Shown: one piece after another, positions 38,072 through 47,651 of the stretch
How positions within the stretch are numbered: position 1 is the stretch's first letter
How the letters are laid out: each line of letters begins with the position of its first letter
Source: Candidatus Scalindua sp.
Lineage (GTDB): Bacteria > Planctomycetota > Brocadiia > Brocadiales > Scalinduaceae
DNA: 52,579 nucleotides
NCBI GenBank assembly: GCA_046757745.1
Contig: JBHHYW010000001.1
Location: 1-52,579 of the forward strand
Direction of reading: 5' to 3'
Made by a program: the position numbers and the translations under genes
The notes under the pieces: generated by a model
Told to the model about the DNA's origin: nothing
The model's database searches: none
What the model saw: the letters and a program-made list of their open reading frames with translations, nothing else

Positions 38072-38160
38072 TTTTTAAGGCCTGGAGGCCAATTACCTAA
38101 TCATTGACTAGAACGGCATCTCCATCCTATCCAAACAACTAAACACTAAAGGGTAATATA

Positions 38161-38222
38161 CAGTTTTCAGTGTAAATCTCATTTTGCGAAGCAAAGTGCA
38201 ATAAATTAGTGACTGAAAATAG
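38161..38222. repeat. ~60 bp imperfect palindrome with central GCGAAGC mini-hairpin
   Basis: TTTTCAGT...ACTGAAAA outer arms; CATTTTGC-GAA-GCAAAGTG inner stem. Confidence 0.65.
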
Positions 38223-38345
38223 TTAATCTAAAATGAAGACATATTCCATTCTTACAATTTACGGTCTTCTCAATAAGTTTTTCCTGAAATCCAACTTGAC
38301 CATTCTGGAAATTTAAAAATAATATATTTCCTTCATTTAAAAATT

Positions 38346-39155
38346 TTAAACTCGCTTATTTGCTTCTATTAACATAAACCAACCCACACGGTCGCCGCCA
38401 CCAATCCAACTTAAAAGGCGATGGACTGTCCGAACAGCAAGAGAACGGCTGCTTGATGCAAGATCACACCATGTCAGAACTGTACGAACCGACAAATTCT
38501 CCAGAGGCAATCGATACAGCATAGAAAATATCTCACCACGCGTGTAAGCACGAGTGCCGATACTCTCTACATAGTTTGCTATGGCAAAAGATATTGATTG
38601 ATATGGACGTCCGCGCATAATACAATATCTTAACCATGTCATGAACGCAGCCACTGAATATCTATGATAAACCATCAACTTAACCTTTCCTCCAGGCTTT
38701 GCTACACGTACTATTTCTTTCAAAGCAATAAAAGGATCTGGACTGTGATGTATAACGCCCCACGAATAAACCAGATCGAAGGAATTATCAGGGTAGTCGA
38801 GGCTTTCAGCATCAGATTGTCTCAAATCAACCGCACTAATATCTTCCTGTTCCAATCTACGTTTAGTATGTACAATTGCCTCGGAAGTCAGGTCCACACC
38901 ATGTGCTAATGCGCCAGCACGCACCCACTGCACAAAATCCGTACCAGCTCCCACTCCTACTTCTAACACTTTCTTACCATGCCAGCGTGTGAACTGTGCA
39001 AACGAGTGGATATATGGCTCAAGTTGATAGCGTTTTTCTTCAATTTGATTAAAATATTCTGTAGTGAATTTTTCAGCATCTGCGAAATGTGTACCACAAG
39101 CTTCACGATTCCAATAGGATTCAACTGTTTCTTTAGTTACATTTGTTTTATTCAC
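38346..39155 (-). CDS. Class I SAM-dependent methyltransferase
   Basis: VLEVGVGAGTD, DAESL, YSWGVIHHSP, KPGG. Confidence 0.92.
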   Translation of the reverse strand: MNKTNVTKETVESYWNREACGTHFADAEKFTTEYFNQIEEKRYQLEPYIHSFAQFTRWHGKKVLEVGVGAGTDFVQWVRAGALAHGVDLTSEAIVHTKRRLEQEDISAVDLRQSDAESLDYPDNSFDLVYSWGVIHHSPDPFIALKEIVRVAKPGGKVKLMVYHRYSVAAFMTWLRYCIMRGRPYQSISFAIANYVESIGTRAYTRGEIFSMLYRLPLENLSVRTVLTWCDLASSSRSLAVRTVHRLLSWIGGGDRVGWFMLIEANKRV

Positions 39156-39178
39156 AGATCCGGTTTTTCTCAGAAATA

Positions 39179-41074
39179 CTACAATTTAGGAAATTTATTG
39201 CATGTTAGACGGTATAAGTATTGTTGTCCGCTTTGCTTTACTAATTGGAGGCAATTTTCACGAAAGATTGGCGATTGGACAAGTTTATAGTCAGCAGCAT
39301 TACTAACTTTATCTCGAAGATAAAGTTCGTTAACAAAGATATACTGCACACCAAGCCTGGACCATTCATCTAATACACTCTGAGGGTCATTAATAAGTGA
39401 GTTGTTGAAGAAAACACCATCAACCATACGAGTATCGATAAAGTTTACTTCAGGATTAATATAATAATCATTTGAAACATACAAAGAAACAATTGTCGCC
39501 TCATCACGAGGAAGACCATTGATAAAATTAACCATCTCCCAGTTTGGAAATGCCTCATATTTGAGAATAGCTCGCTCTAAATATTTCTCTCGTGAGTCCA
39601 CTCCGAATAAGTATCTCCATTTTTCCAGAGAAATGAAATGTAGCTTGGCAAAGAAAGCCATTTCAAAGAATATCAACAGAGTGAAACTAATAATGGCCAA
39701 TCGCCATATTCGTTCAAAACGACTCTTACAGACTACCAGACTCCCCGCTGCAATTACAGACAGAAGTCCCATCCCGGTAAGAAAGTTTCGTGGTCTCTGT
39801 ACTCCAACAAAACAATAAAGTAAATACAATAAGCCCACGGAAACCAGTATCCAAACTACCGGCTTTGGAAGTGGACGAAAAAAAAATATACCTGGCAGCA
39901 AAGCAAGAAAAACAGGGCCAATGGGATTCCCATAAGGCCATGGAGCGTATCTGGTAGACATGGCCCACATATTTGTTATTAACGACCATAATCCTTTGTC
40001 ATACGTTTCAGGAAGAAAAAACTCTTTTCCGGTAAAAAAATGATGAAACAATGGATAAACAGGATTATTAATCTCAACATAATTCTTTACCATCCAAGGA
40101 ATAGTAAGAAATATAACAGGTAAACCAAAAAGTAGAAGTTTACATGAAGCACCAATCAAACCAGCTGTTGGATTTTTTCCTTGTACAAATGCAACTACGC
40201 CAATGAACAAGGCAAGTACTATAGCCGTAAAGCCTCCCGTATACATGCAACCACAGCTTGTACCTACGAATATACCAGCCGTCAACAGCCATTCGTTCCG
40301 GTATTCTTTAGAAAAGGCCCACTGACTAACAGCATAAAAACCCAGTAAATCAAAGAAAGCATTTCCGAGGTTGACCTTGGTAGTTGGCACAAGAGATTCG
40401 ACCACATTGGTTATAAGAAAAAAAAGTGCCGCCCACAAACCTACCTCTACTGAAAAGTAGCGCCTTCCTAAAAGATAAATAGTCGATGCAGCACCAAAAC
40501 ACATGGTAAAGCCCACCAACATTTGAGACAGTTCATCACCCCGTATGAGTAATGCCAGAGCGGATAACATCTGCATATTCAACGGTTGTGACGCTAGGGG
40601 TTCAAAAGGCAAAGGTACAAACCCACCTGCATAGACATATCTACGTGGTACATCTAAATATGAATGTAAAGTATCACCATCAAGAGGTGGAGTCATCGTA
40701 CACAAAAGATAAAGTACGCTTATAATACCTAATATCAACCAGAGAGTACTATGCGGTTTTCTTTCATGATCAGGGCTTCGTACGCCGGACACAAAACAAC
40801 ATTGCCTTGTTCTCCATTGCTGAAAACCAATTACAGCTGCGATAGTCAATATTCCAAGCCATACATATATTGTTGTAGTATTAAGCAACTTTAACCAGGC
40901 TATTACAGTTATTCCATAGGTCAAATGAACAAAGCCGAGTCCGGCTGACAAAACAAAAACTTCTATTTTCCGGGTAGTCTTCAGACTCAAATATTTAAAG
41001 AACAATAACCCTATGCCAGTGGCAATTACCAAAAGGAAAAACCATATAAAGAGATTAATGAAACTATTTATCAT
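39179..41074 (-). CDS. GT-C fold membrane glycosyltransferase (ArnT/PMT-like), paralogue 3
   Basis: Multi-TM 631 aa; PPLDGDTLHSYL, PWMVKNYVEINNPVYP, RPRNFL. Confidence 0.85.
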   Translation of the reverse strand: MINSFINLFIWFFLLVIATGIGLLFFKYLSLKTTRKIEVFVLSAGLGFVHLTYGITVIAWLKLLNTTTIYVWLGILTIAAVIGFQQWRTRQCCFVSGVRSPDHERKPHSTLWLILGIISVLYLLCTMTPPLDGDTLHSYLDVPRRYVYAGGFVPLPFEPLASQPLNMQMLSALALLIRGDELSQMLVGFTMCFGAASTIYLLGRRYFSVEVGLWAALFFLITNVVESLVPTTKVNLGNAFFDLLGFYAVSQWAFSKEYRNEWLLTAGIFVGTSCGCMYTGGFTAIVLALFIGVVAFVQGKNPTAGLIGASCKLLLFGLPVIFLTIPWMVKNYVEINNPVYPLFHHFFTGKEFFLPETYDKGLWSLITNMWAMSTRYAPWPYGNPIGPVFLALLPGIFFFRPLPKPVVWILVSVGLLYLLYCFVGVQRPRNFLTGMGLLSVIAAGSLVVCKSRFERIWRLAIISFTLLIFFEMAFFAKLHFISLEKWRYLFGVDSREKYLERAILKYEAFPNWEMVNFINGLPRDEATIVSLYVSNDYYINPEVNFIDTRMVDGVFFNNSLINDPQSVLDEWSRLGVQYIFVNELYLRDKVSNAADYKLVQSPIFRENCLQLVKQSGQQYLYRLTCNKFPKL

Positions 41075-41256
41075 TAAAACAAATTCTTTAAGAGAGTGGC
41101 GATTTTCTCATATCTTCCCGGTATTGCAAGCATATGGTAAAAATAGTTTCCAAACACTACCAGTAGCCACATATACCACATTATTTCTATCCACTGCTTA
41201 ACTGATAAACGTATAGGAAGGAATCCTTTTAAGTCTTTTTTTTCTCTCAATATCAT
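41074..41256 (-). CDS. Small single-TM protein coupled to GT-C paralogue 3
   Basis: 60 aa, WLLVVFGNYFYHML motif; ATGA overlap upstream and TAATG overlap downstream. Confidence 0.8.
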   Translation of the reverse strand: MILREKKDLKGFLPIRLSVKQWIEIMWYMWLLVVFGNYFYHMLAIPGRYEKIATLLKNLF

Positions 41257-42674
41257 TTTTTAATCTGGAAAAATATCTTCAGTCCACCTAATAAGTTTAA
41301 CACCTCATACCAATGCCGAATTGTAAGCAATCTGGAAATTATATATTTTGGCCGAACATAGTAGCTTTTTAATGCCTTTCTATGCCACTTCCTTATTGTC
41401 GCAATGCTTAGTTCAGGAAACGATAAGACTGATTCAGTGTTGGAAAGGGGAGAAAAATCTTGCCAATTTGCATCAGAACGTATATAGCCTTTTTCCAGGG
41501 CTTCATGATATAAAGGTGTACCCGGTAATGGACTTGCAATAAAAAAGGCGGCAATATGAGTATTCAGTTTTTTAGCAAAACGAATTGTGTCCTTCATAGT
41601 TTCTTCCGTCTCATCAAGATATCCCAAGATGTAACTTGCATGAGTCGTTATTCCTACTTTTTTTGTCAGACGAATTACTCGCAAGGCTTCATCCAGGTCT
41701 ATGGATTTATCAATTTTTTTCAATATTTTATTATTACCGGATTCAATACCAAAGCTGATTTCATAACAACCTGCATCCCTCATTGCTTCTAAAGTTTCTC
41801 TATCTATACGTTGCGCCCGAGCAGAGCAAACCCACCTTATCTGTAGTTTACGCTCGCGCAGAATCCTACATATCTCAAGTACCCGCTTTTTCAGTGCCGT
41901 GAAATATTCATCTGTAAAATTAAAGGAACGAATCCCAAATTTTTCAACACATTCTACAATTTCATCTACAACCAATTTTGGGCTACGGAATCTTATTTTA
42001 CGAGTCCAAACCGTGTTAGCAGCACAAAAACCACAGTTATGGGTGCAACCTCTACTTGTAGATAATATTGTGTTAGGGCCAATGGCCACACGTTTGGTTG
42101 GTGGGGGTACATATAAGTTACATTCAACGAGATCTCTGGCAGGAAATGGAAGTATATCTAAATCCTTAATCAACTCGCGCGGTGGATTGGTTCGAATATG
42201 TCCATCCTCAGACTTATAAGCAAGTCCATTAATTTTATTCCAGCTGCTATTCCCTTCTTTATGGTATTCAATCAACTCCTCAAAAGTTAATTCACCTTCA
42301 CCAAACACAACAAATTTTGCTTCGGTTTCTTTCAATGTTCTTTCCGGTAATGCAGAAGGATGAGGTCCACCTATAACAATCGGCACATCCGGTATTTTTT
42401 CACTCAATAAGAATACCAATCTAATTACGGAATCAAAAACACAGGTATTCGAAGTTATACCTATAAGATCAGGACTAAACTTTTGGGTTTCTTTCACCGT
42501 GTCTTCATGGCTGAGACCTTTTATCTCCGAATCAATAATTTTGAATTCTACATCAGGATGCCGCAATCTGGTATAGGCGACCAGACAACAAAGGTTGAGT
42601 GGTATCATGTTTCCACCATGCCCGACAACACCACCATAACGATTGAATGACGGATTTATAAGAATAACTTTCAT
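41253..42674 (-). CDS. Cobalamin-binding radical SAM protein
   Basis: GGPHPS, GEGE, LPFPARDL, SRGCTHNCGFC, FGIESG, PLPGT. Confidence 0.93.
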   Translation of the reverse strand: MKVILINPSFNRYGGVVGHGGNMIPLNLCCLVAYTRLRHPDVEFKIIDSEIKGLSHEDTVKETQKFSPDLIGITSNTCVFDSVIRLVFLLSEKIPDVPIVIGGPHPSALPERTLKETEAKFVVFGEGELTFEELIEYHKEGNSSWNKINGLAYKSEDGHIRTNPPRELIKDLDILPFPARDLVECNLYVPPPTKRVAIGPNTILSTSRGCTHNCGFCAANTVWTRKIRFRSPKLVVDEIVECVEKFGIRSFNFTDEYFTALKKRVLEICRILRERKLQIRWVCSARAQRIDRETLEAMRDAGCYEISFGIESGNNKILKKIDKSIDLDEALRVIRLTKKVGITTHASYILGYLDETEETMKDTIRFAKKLNTHIAAFFIASPLPGTPLYHEALEKGYIRSDANWQDFSPLSNTESVLSFPELSIATIRKWHRKALKSYYVRPKYIISRLLTIRHWYEVLNLLGGLKIFFQIKK

Positions 42675-42722
42675 AACTTAATTAACATCAGAAATAAATT
42701 AATTTTGCCAAAGATTGATATT

Positions 42723-43750
42723 TTAATTCCGGAATACATTTTTTCTGCTAAGAATCCATATCAAAAAAGGTATACCGAGAAAGGACAAAATAAAATAATT
42801 GAATAAAGTGTAGGCTATACCAAGTGCAAGTGCATCTGCAGTCTGATGAGTAAGCAACATTACAAGAACTGCATCACGAGTACCAATACCGCTTAAAGTA
42901 ATCGGAAGCAACCCGACACATATGGCAATTGGAAACACTGCAAATATCTTCGTTAAAGATATATCCATATCTAGAAAATCTACAATGATAAAGATTTGAA
43001 GGAAACTCAGACACCGCACAATCAAAGAAATCATCATTGCTTTGGTAAACATCAGGGGATGCACGGCAATACTTTTTCTGGCCAGTATCAAGCCCAGCAT
43101 TTTTTCCGATATTGTAGGCCACTTCTCGATGTACTTTACAGTCTTTGGCGCTATACAAAAAGCACCTATAAGAAATACCAGAGATAAACTTGACAATAAG
43201 ACAAGAGATGGTATCCAAATTATAATGGCACCAAATAATCCCAAAATAAGAACCGTAATGATATCAAGAAATTTTTCAACTAATATACTTCCCGAGCATT
43301 CCCATATTGATATTTTCTTACGCAAAAAAAAGGCTTTCAGAAAATCCCCGGCTTTAGATATTGTAAATGGATTTATCGCAAAGGAAGCCAGGACTAATAA
43401 AACACAACGGGTCATAGGCAATTGAAGTCTCATGCACGATAGAACTATTGACCAGCGTTTCGCTACAAGAAAAGGATATCCCAGGCTTATCGAACCTGCT
43501 ATTAACCATCCCCAAATAGGTACTGCACCCAGCACTCCACTTAACGCTTCTTTGGGAACAATTTTAAATAACAAAAAAAAACTAATATAGTAGCAACAAT
43601 TGCAACAAACATCCTCAAATTAAAAAACCGAGATTTGAGTTCTGAAAACAGGTTTGTTTCATTCGCAAAATCCCGACAATTATAACCCTCATTTTTTTTA
43701 AATTGTGTTTTGTTTAAAATATTTTCCATTTCATTTGTGTTAAAATTCAT
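42723..43750 (-). CDS. Lysylphosphatidylglycerol-synthase-TM/UPF0104 flippase-like protein, frameshifted at a T9 tract
   Basis: AKRW, SKAGDFLK, VEKFLD, LPITLSGIGTRD. The first TM helix lies in ORF 43541-43750; the frames join if the run at 43573-43581 has 10 (or 7) bases. Confidence 0.85.
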
Positions 43751-44526
43751 GATTTTCTTAGAACATAACTTCTACGTAAACCAATTAATCTTACAATATC
43801 CTGATGTAAAGTTTTTTCTAATTTTTCGCTAATTTTTATACTAATATTTTTATTAAATGGCAGTATCACAGTTGTATTTTCCTTAATAATAGTTAAACGA
43901 TTGGCCTCAAATAATTGTAAAAGTTTTTTCCTTTTTAAAAATCTATGAGGACCTTCACTATGATGTATATTAAAAATAGCTGCAATCCAATGAAAGGGTT
44001 CCCAAAAGACATTAGGACATGTAAGAATCATAATACCTCCAGCTTTTAAAACACGTGTAAGCTCTTTAACAAAGGTGTTAACATTTCCCATATGTTCAAC
44101 AGTTTCGTATGTTACCACAAAGTCGAAAAAGGCATCATCAAAAGGTAATTTGTAATCTATAACCTTTATAAGTTCATAATCATAACCGCTACCTTTTAAC
44201 CGTGCTTTTGCAATACTTAAAAGATAATCGGAAAAATCAACTAGGTAGGACTTTTTAATTACACCTTTTCCAAACCAGAATTCTGTACCTTTACCTGTAC
44301 GGGCCTGGATATCCAACATGTACATATCGTTATTGACAAAATCCTTTGCTAAATCCCACGTATTTGTAAATCTCTTATAATAGGAATAGGTAACCTCATT
44401 AATATCATCATAATCAGTAACACTGTCCCAGTATTCACCTACTTCTTTAATAGACCAGTTTTTCAAAGTAAAATACTTATATTCCAAAATTGTCCTTTTT
44501 AGAGTATCTTTAAAATTCAAATCCAT
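43747..44526 (-). CDS. Class I SAM-dependent methyltransferase (variant motif I)
   Basis: LDIQARTGKG, LPFDDAFFD, ETVEH, RVLKAGG. Confidence 0.85.
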   Translation of the reverse strand: MDLNFKDTLKRTILEYKYFTLKNWSIKEVGEYWDSVTDYDDINEVTYSYYKRFTNTWDLAKDFVNNDMYMLDIQARTGKGTEFWFGKGVIKKSYLVDFSDYLLSIAKARLKGSGYDYELIKVIDYKLPFDDAFFDFVVTYETVEHMGNVNTFVKELTRVLKAGGIMILTCPNVFWEPFHWIAAIFNIHHSEGPHRFLKRKKLLQLFEANRLTIIKENTTVILPFNKNISIKISEKLEKTLHQDIVRLIGLRRSYVLRKS

Positions 44527-44596
44527 TCTTTTCGTTTTCCATGAAACTTCCCTATATAATTTTTTAAAAAAGACCTACAACCTTGATAATTCCGAG

Positions 44597-45247
44597 TTAG
44601 TTTTTAAATTTTTTTACAAAAAACTTGTCAACATATGGATTTATTATTTCTTTAATAAAAACAGGCAACAGATAGTAACATGTACGAAAAACTCGTTTAA
44701 AAAAAAGGTTCAAATTTCTATCATTGACTCTTATTCCATGTGGTAATATTTCGTCAAAGAAAATTTCTTCTACCTTATATTTTCTTGGAACTGGAACTGG
44801 TTTTTTAGCTGGATAGCCAATCGAAACAGCAGCAATAGGTGTAATACCTTTGGGAATATTAAATATTGCACGAAGCTTTCTTTTTGATGGAAGTTGACAT
44901 ATCCAGCAAGTACTAAAACCCCTTTCAAAGGCAAGAAGCAGAAAATTTTCTATAAAAGCACTGGCACTCTGAATATCGTCTCTATAGGTGATATTGTCAC
45001 CAATATCATCATACAAAAATAAGAGTAATACCGGTACATCTTTAATAAAAGGTGCCGCACCATAATCTAAGAGTTTCTTTTTGATCTGATCATTCTCGAT
45101 ATAAATCACTTTATGCGCCTGGCGATTGCAGGCAGATGGTGACCACATTGCTATTTCCAACATCTCAAGAATATCTCTTTTATCAACTTTTTTTTGGGCA
45201 TACTTTCTTATACTACGCCTGTTTATTATGGCATCCTTAACATCCAT
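44597..45247 (-). CDS. Nitroreductase-family flavoprotein
   Basis: RRSIRKY, SPSACNRQ, NFLLLA..GFSTCW, IGYP. Confidence 0.92.
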   Translation of the reverse strand: MDVKDAIINRRSIRKYAQKKVDKRDILEMLEIAMWSPSACNRQAHKVIYIENDQIKKKLLDYGAAPFIKDVPVLLLFLYDDIGDNITYRDDIQSASAFIENFLLLAFERGFSTCWICQLPSKRKLRAIFNIPKGITPIAAVSIGYPAKKPVPVPRKYKVEEIFFDEILPHGIRVNDRNLNLFFKRVFRTCYYLLPVFIKEIINPYVDKFFVKKFKN

Positions 45248-45257
45248 ATTTAATCAC

Positions 45258-46682
45258 TCATGACTGAAATAGATTTACAGCTGCCTTCATCTTGACTTTA
45301 AATTCTTTCATACTTCTTAATTTTTTGATTTCATTAAATATAAAACGAGGTGTTAAATAAAATTCTTTAAACAATTTTTTGGTTATCATTTCAAGTTCAT
45401 GCCTCGAGAAATGTTCATTCCAAATAGGAGGTTCAAAATCTACTGAAGGATTCCTTGAAAAGTTTAACCATACATCATCTTTTATCATGTTATTTTCTAG
45501 ACACAGCCGATATAGATCCGTATCTGGATAGGGACATACAATGGAAAATTGTACGTAATCTGGTTTCAGCCTTTTAGCAAACTTAATAGTGTCTTGTATT
45601 TCCTTCATTGTTTCTCCGGGAGATCCTATCATGAAATCAGCTAATGAACTTATTCCAAGTTCTTTGCACCACTTAAAAACATCTTCTACTTGCTCTAGAG
45701 TAATACCCTTCCTCAGGTTTCTTAAAACGTTTGGATTTCCGCTTTCCACACCAAAGCTTATTCTACTACATCCCGCCCTTTTCATTAACAAAAGTTGATT
45801 ATAATCCGCACAATTGATACGGGCTCTAGCGTCCCATTTAAACTTGAGTTTTTTATCTAATATTGCCTCACATATATCCACAACTCTTTTCTTTTCAATA
45901 TTAAACGTATCATCATGAAAGAAAATTTCTCTTATACCAAGACTCAGGATGGACTCGATTTCGTCCAGTACATACTCTGCCGATGTTGATCTGTATTTCT
46001 TGCCCATTCTGTCACAATAAATACATCTATAGGGACACCCTCTAGTAGTGATCATAGTGGCAATATTACTAGAATGTGATAACACGGAATAATACTTTTT
46101 ATAAGGGAGTAGAGTCCTATCAGGAATAGGTAGAGTATCTAGATCTGGTATTCTTATTAGTTCTATATCTGTATCCTTTGCACCTTTTCTCTGCAGAAAC
46201 TTAGTGGCAATTCCTTTAATGGACGAAAGTTCTTCCTCAGCCACCCCTTTTTGCAAAGCTAAAACCAACTTATAAAATGCCAACTCACCTTCCCCTTTAA
46301 TAGTATAATCCACATTGGGGTTCTCAAGTGTTGTAATGGGATAGATAGTTGTATGGGGGCCACCAATAACAGTTATGACTTTATTTGAGATATTCTTAAC
46401 GGCAGCTGCTATCTTATACGCATCAACTAAGAAATGAGTCATCGAAGAAATACCAACAATATCTGGATTGAAATCAATAATTAATTTTGGCAGGTCGTTA
46501 TGAGAAATTGAGTCGACATTACAATCAATTATTTTAACATCAAAATTAGAATATTTTTTTAAATAGGTAGCTAAATATAATAAACCAAGCGGAGGCAAAA
46601 AACCTCTTTCTTCATCAATTTCTTGCAGACTGATATGAGAAACCTCGTTTTCAATAGGTGGATAAATTAATAGTATTTTCAT
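45258..46682 (-). CDS. Cobalamin-binding radical SAM protein
   Basis: PPLGLLYLA, GGPH, GEGE, TRGCPYRCIYC, FGVESG, PYPDT. Confidence 0.93.
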   Translation of the reverse strand: MKILLIYPPIENEVSHISLQEIDEERGFLPPLGLLYLATYLKKYSNFDVKIIDCNVDSISHNDLPKLIIDFNPDIVGISSMTHFLVDAYKIAAAVKNISNKVITVIGGPHTTIYPITTLENPNVDYTIKGEGELAFYKLVLALQKGVAEEELSSIKGIATKFLQRKGAKDTDIELIRIPDLDTLPIPDRTLLPYKKYYSVLSHSSNIATMITTRGCPYRCIYCDRMGKKYRSTSAEYVLDEIESILSLGIREIFFHDDTFNIEKKRVVDICEAILDKKLKFKWDARARINCADYNQLLLMKRAGCSRISFGVESGNPNVLRNLRKGITLEQVEDVFKWCKELGISSLADFMIGSPGETMKEIQDTIKFAKRLKPDYVQFSIVCPYPDTDLYRLCLENNMIKDDVWLNFSRNPSVDFEPPIWNEHFSRHELEMITKKLFKEFYLTPRFIFNEIKKLRSMKEFKVKMKAAVNLFQS

Positions 46683-46684
46683 TA

Positions 46685-47596
46685 CTAAAGCCTTTTATCA
46701 ATTAAATCAGCAAGCATTCCGATGGCTATTACAATAACCGCTGACATCAAAATAACTCCGAAACTCACATCCATGAACCTTCCTAAAAAGAACCAACTTC
46801 CGAATAATACTGTAAAAGCAAGCATCACCAAAAACAGGCTTAATGGAATAAATATACTTAGTGGATTAAAATATAAAACCGTCCTGATAATCAATTGAAT
46901 AAAGTTGAACGTGTCTCTAATCGGCTTTATCTTTGATTTTCCTTCCCTTTTAAAATAATTAATCGGGACATATTTTACTGAATACCCATTGGTCAGCATC
47001 GCTAAGGTGATTGTTGTGGTAAACGAAAATCCATCAGGAAGTATCCGCTCAAACTTTTCAACAATTTGCTTTCTCATAACCCTTAAACCTGAGTTTACGT
47101 CTGGTATTTTCGTTTTAGCTAAATAATTGGCAAGCTTATTTATAAACCACTTGGCTGGTTTTCTTAATAAAGGGATCTCAACATTATCACCAATGCGAGC
47201 AGCAACTACCATATCAAAATCATTCTCTAATATTTTAACTAATTCTGGAATACGATCATTCGGGTAAGTACCATCAGCGTCAATAATACATATCAAGTTA
47301 TAATGTGCATGGCGAGCTCCAGTTTTGATAGCTGCACCATATCCTCGATTAGTTTTATGATTTAAGACATTGACACCTTCAATACTTTTTGCTACTTTCT
47401 CAGTACTATCTTTCGAACCATCATTTACAACTAAAATCTCATACTGTAAATTACTTTTAACCATTACCTGATTCAACTGTTCTAAAACATTACCAATTGC
47501 TTGTTCTTCGTTGTAGACCGGAATAATAATGCTTACCCCAGCCTTCTGCACATTCACTTCTTCAGACATCATCTTAACAGCCATGTTTTTCGTCAA
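46685..47596 (-). CDS. GT2 polyprenyl-phosphate glycosyltransferase (DPM1/GtrB-like)
   Basis: IIPVYNEE, VNDGSKD, NRGYGAA, IDADGTY, DVNSGLR, REGKSKI, two C-terminal TM helices. Confidence 0.92.
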   Translation of the reverse strand: MTKNMAVKMMSEEVNVQKAGVSIIIPVYNEEQAIGNVLEQLNQVMVKSNLQYEILVVNDGSKDSTEKVAKSIEGVNVLNHKTNRGYGAAIKTGARHAHYNLICIIDADGTYPNDRIPELVKILENDFDMVVAARIGDNVEIPLLRKPAKWFINKLANYLAKTKIPDVNSGLRVMRKQIVEKFERILPDGFSFTTTITLAMLTNGYSVKYVPINYFKREGKSKIKPIRDTFNFIQLIIRTVLYFNPLSIFIPLSLFLVMLAFTVLFGSWFFLGRFMDVSFGVILMSAVIVIAIGMLADLIDKRL

Positions 47597-47651
47597 ATCA
47601 CTAGTGGAAGTTATATAAACAAAAACTTAAGTAAAAATCGAGTTCGTGGCA

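Noticed and set aside
8587-38097. Shared GCCTGGAGGC(C)AATTACC at ~8587 and ~38080
   Set aside because: The first copy is coding sequence of the epimerase remnant and similarity does not extend convincingly; probably chance.
19824-41074. Idea that the peptide/GT-C splits are sequencing frameshifts
   Set aside because: All three junctions are clean TAATG stop/start overlaps with a Met start; the same error three times in divergent paralogues is implausible.
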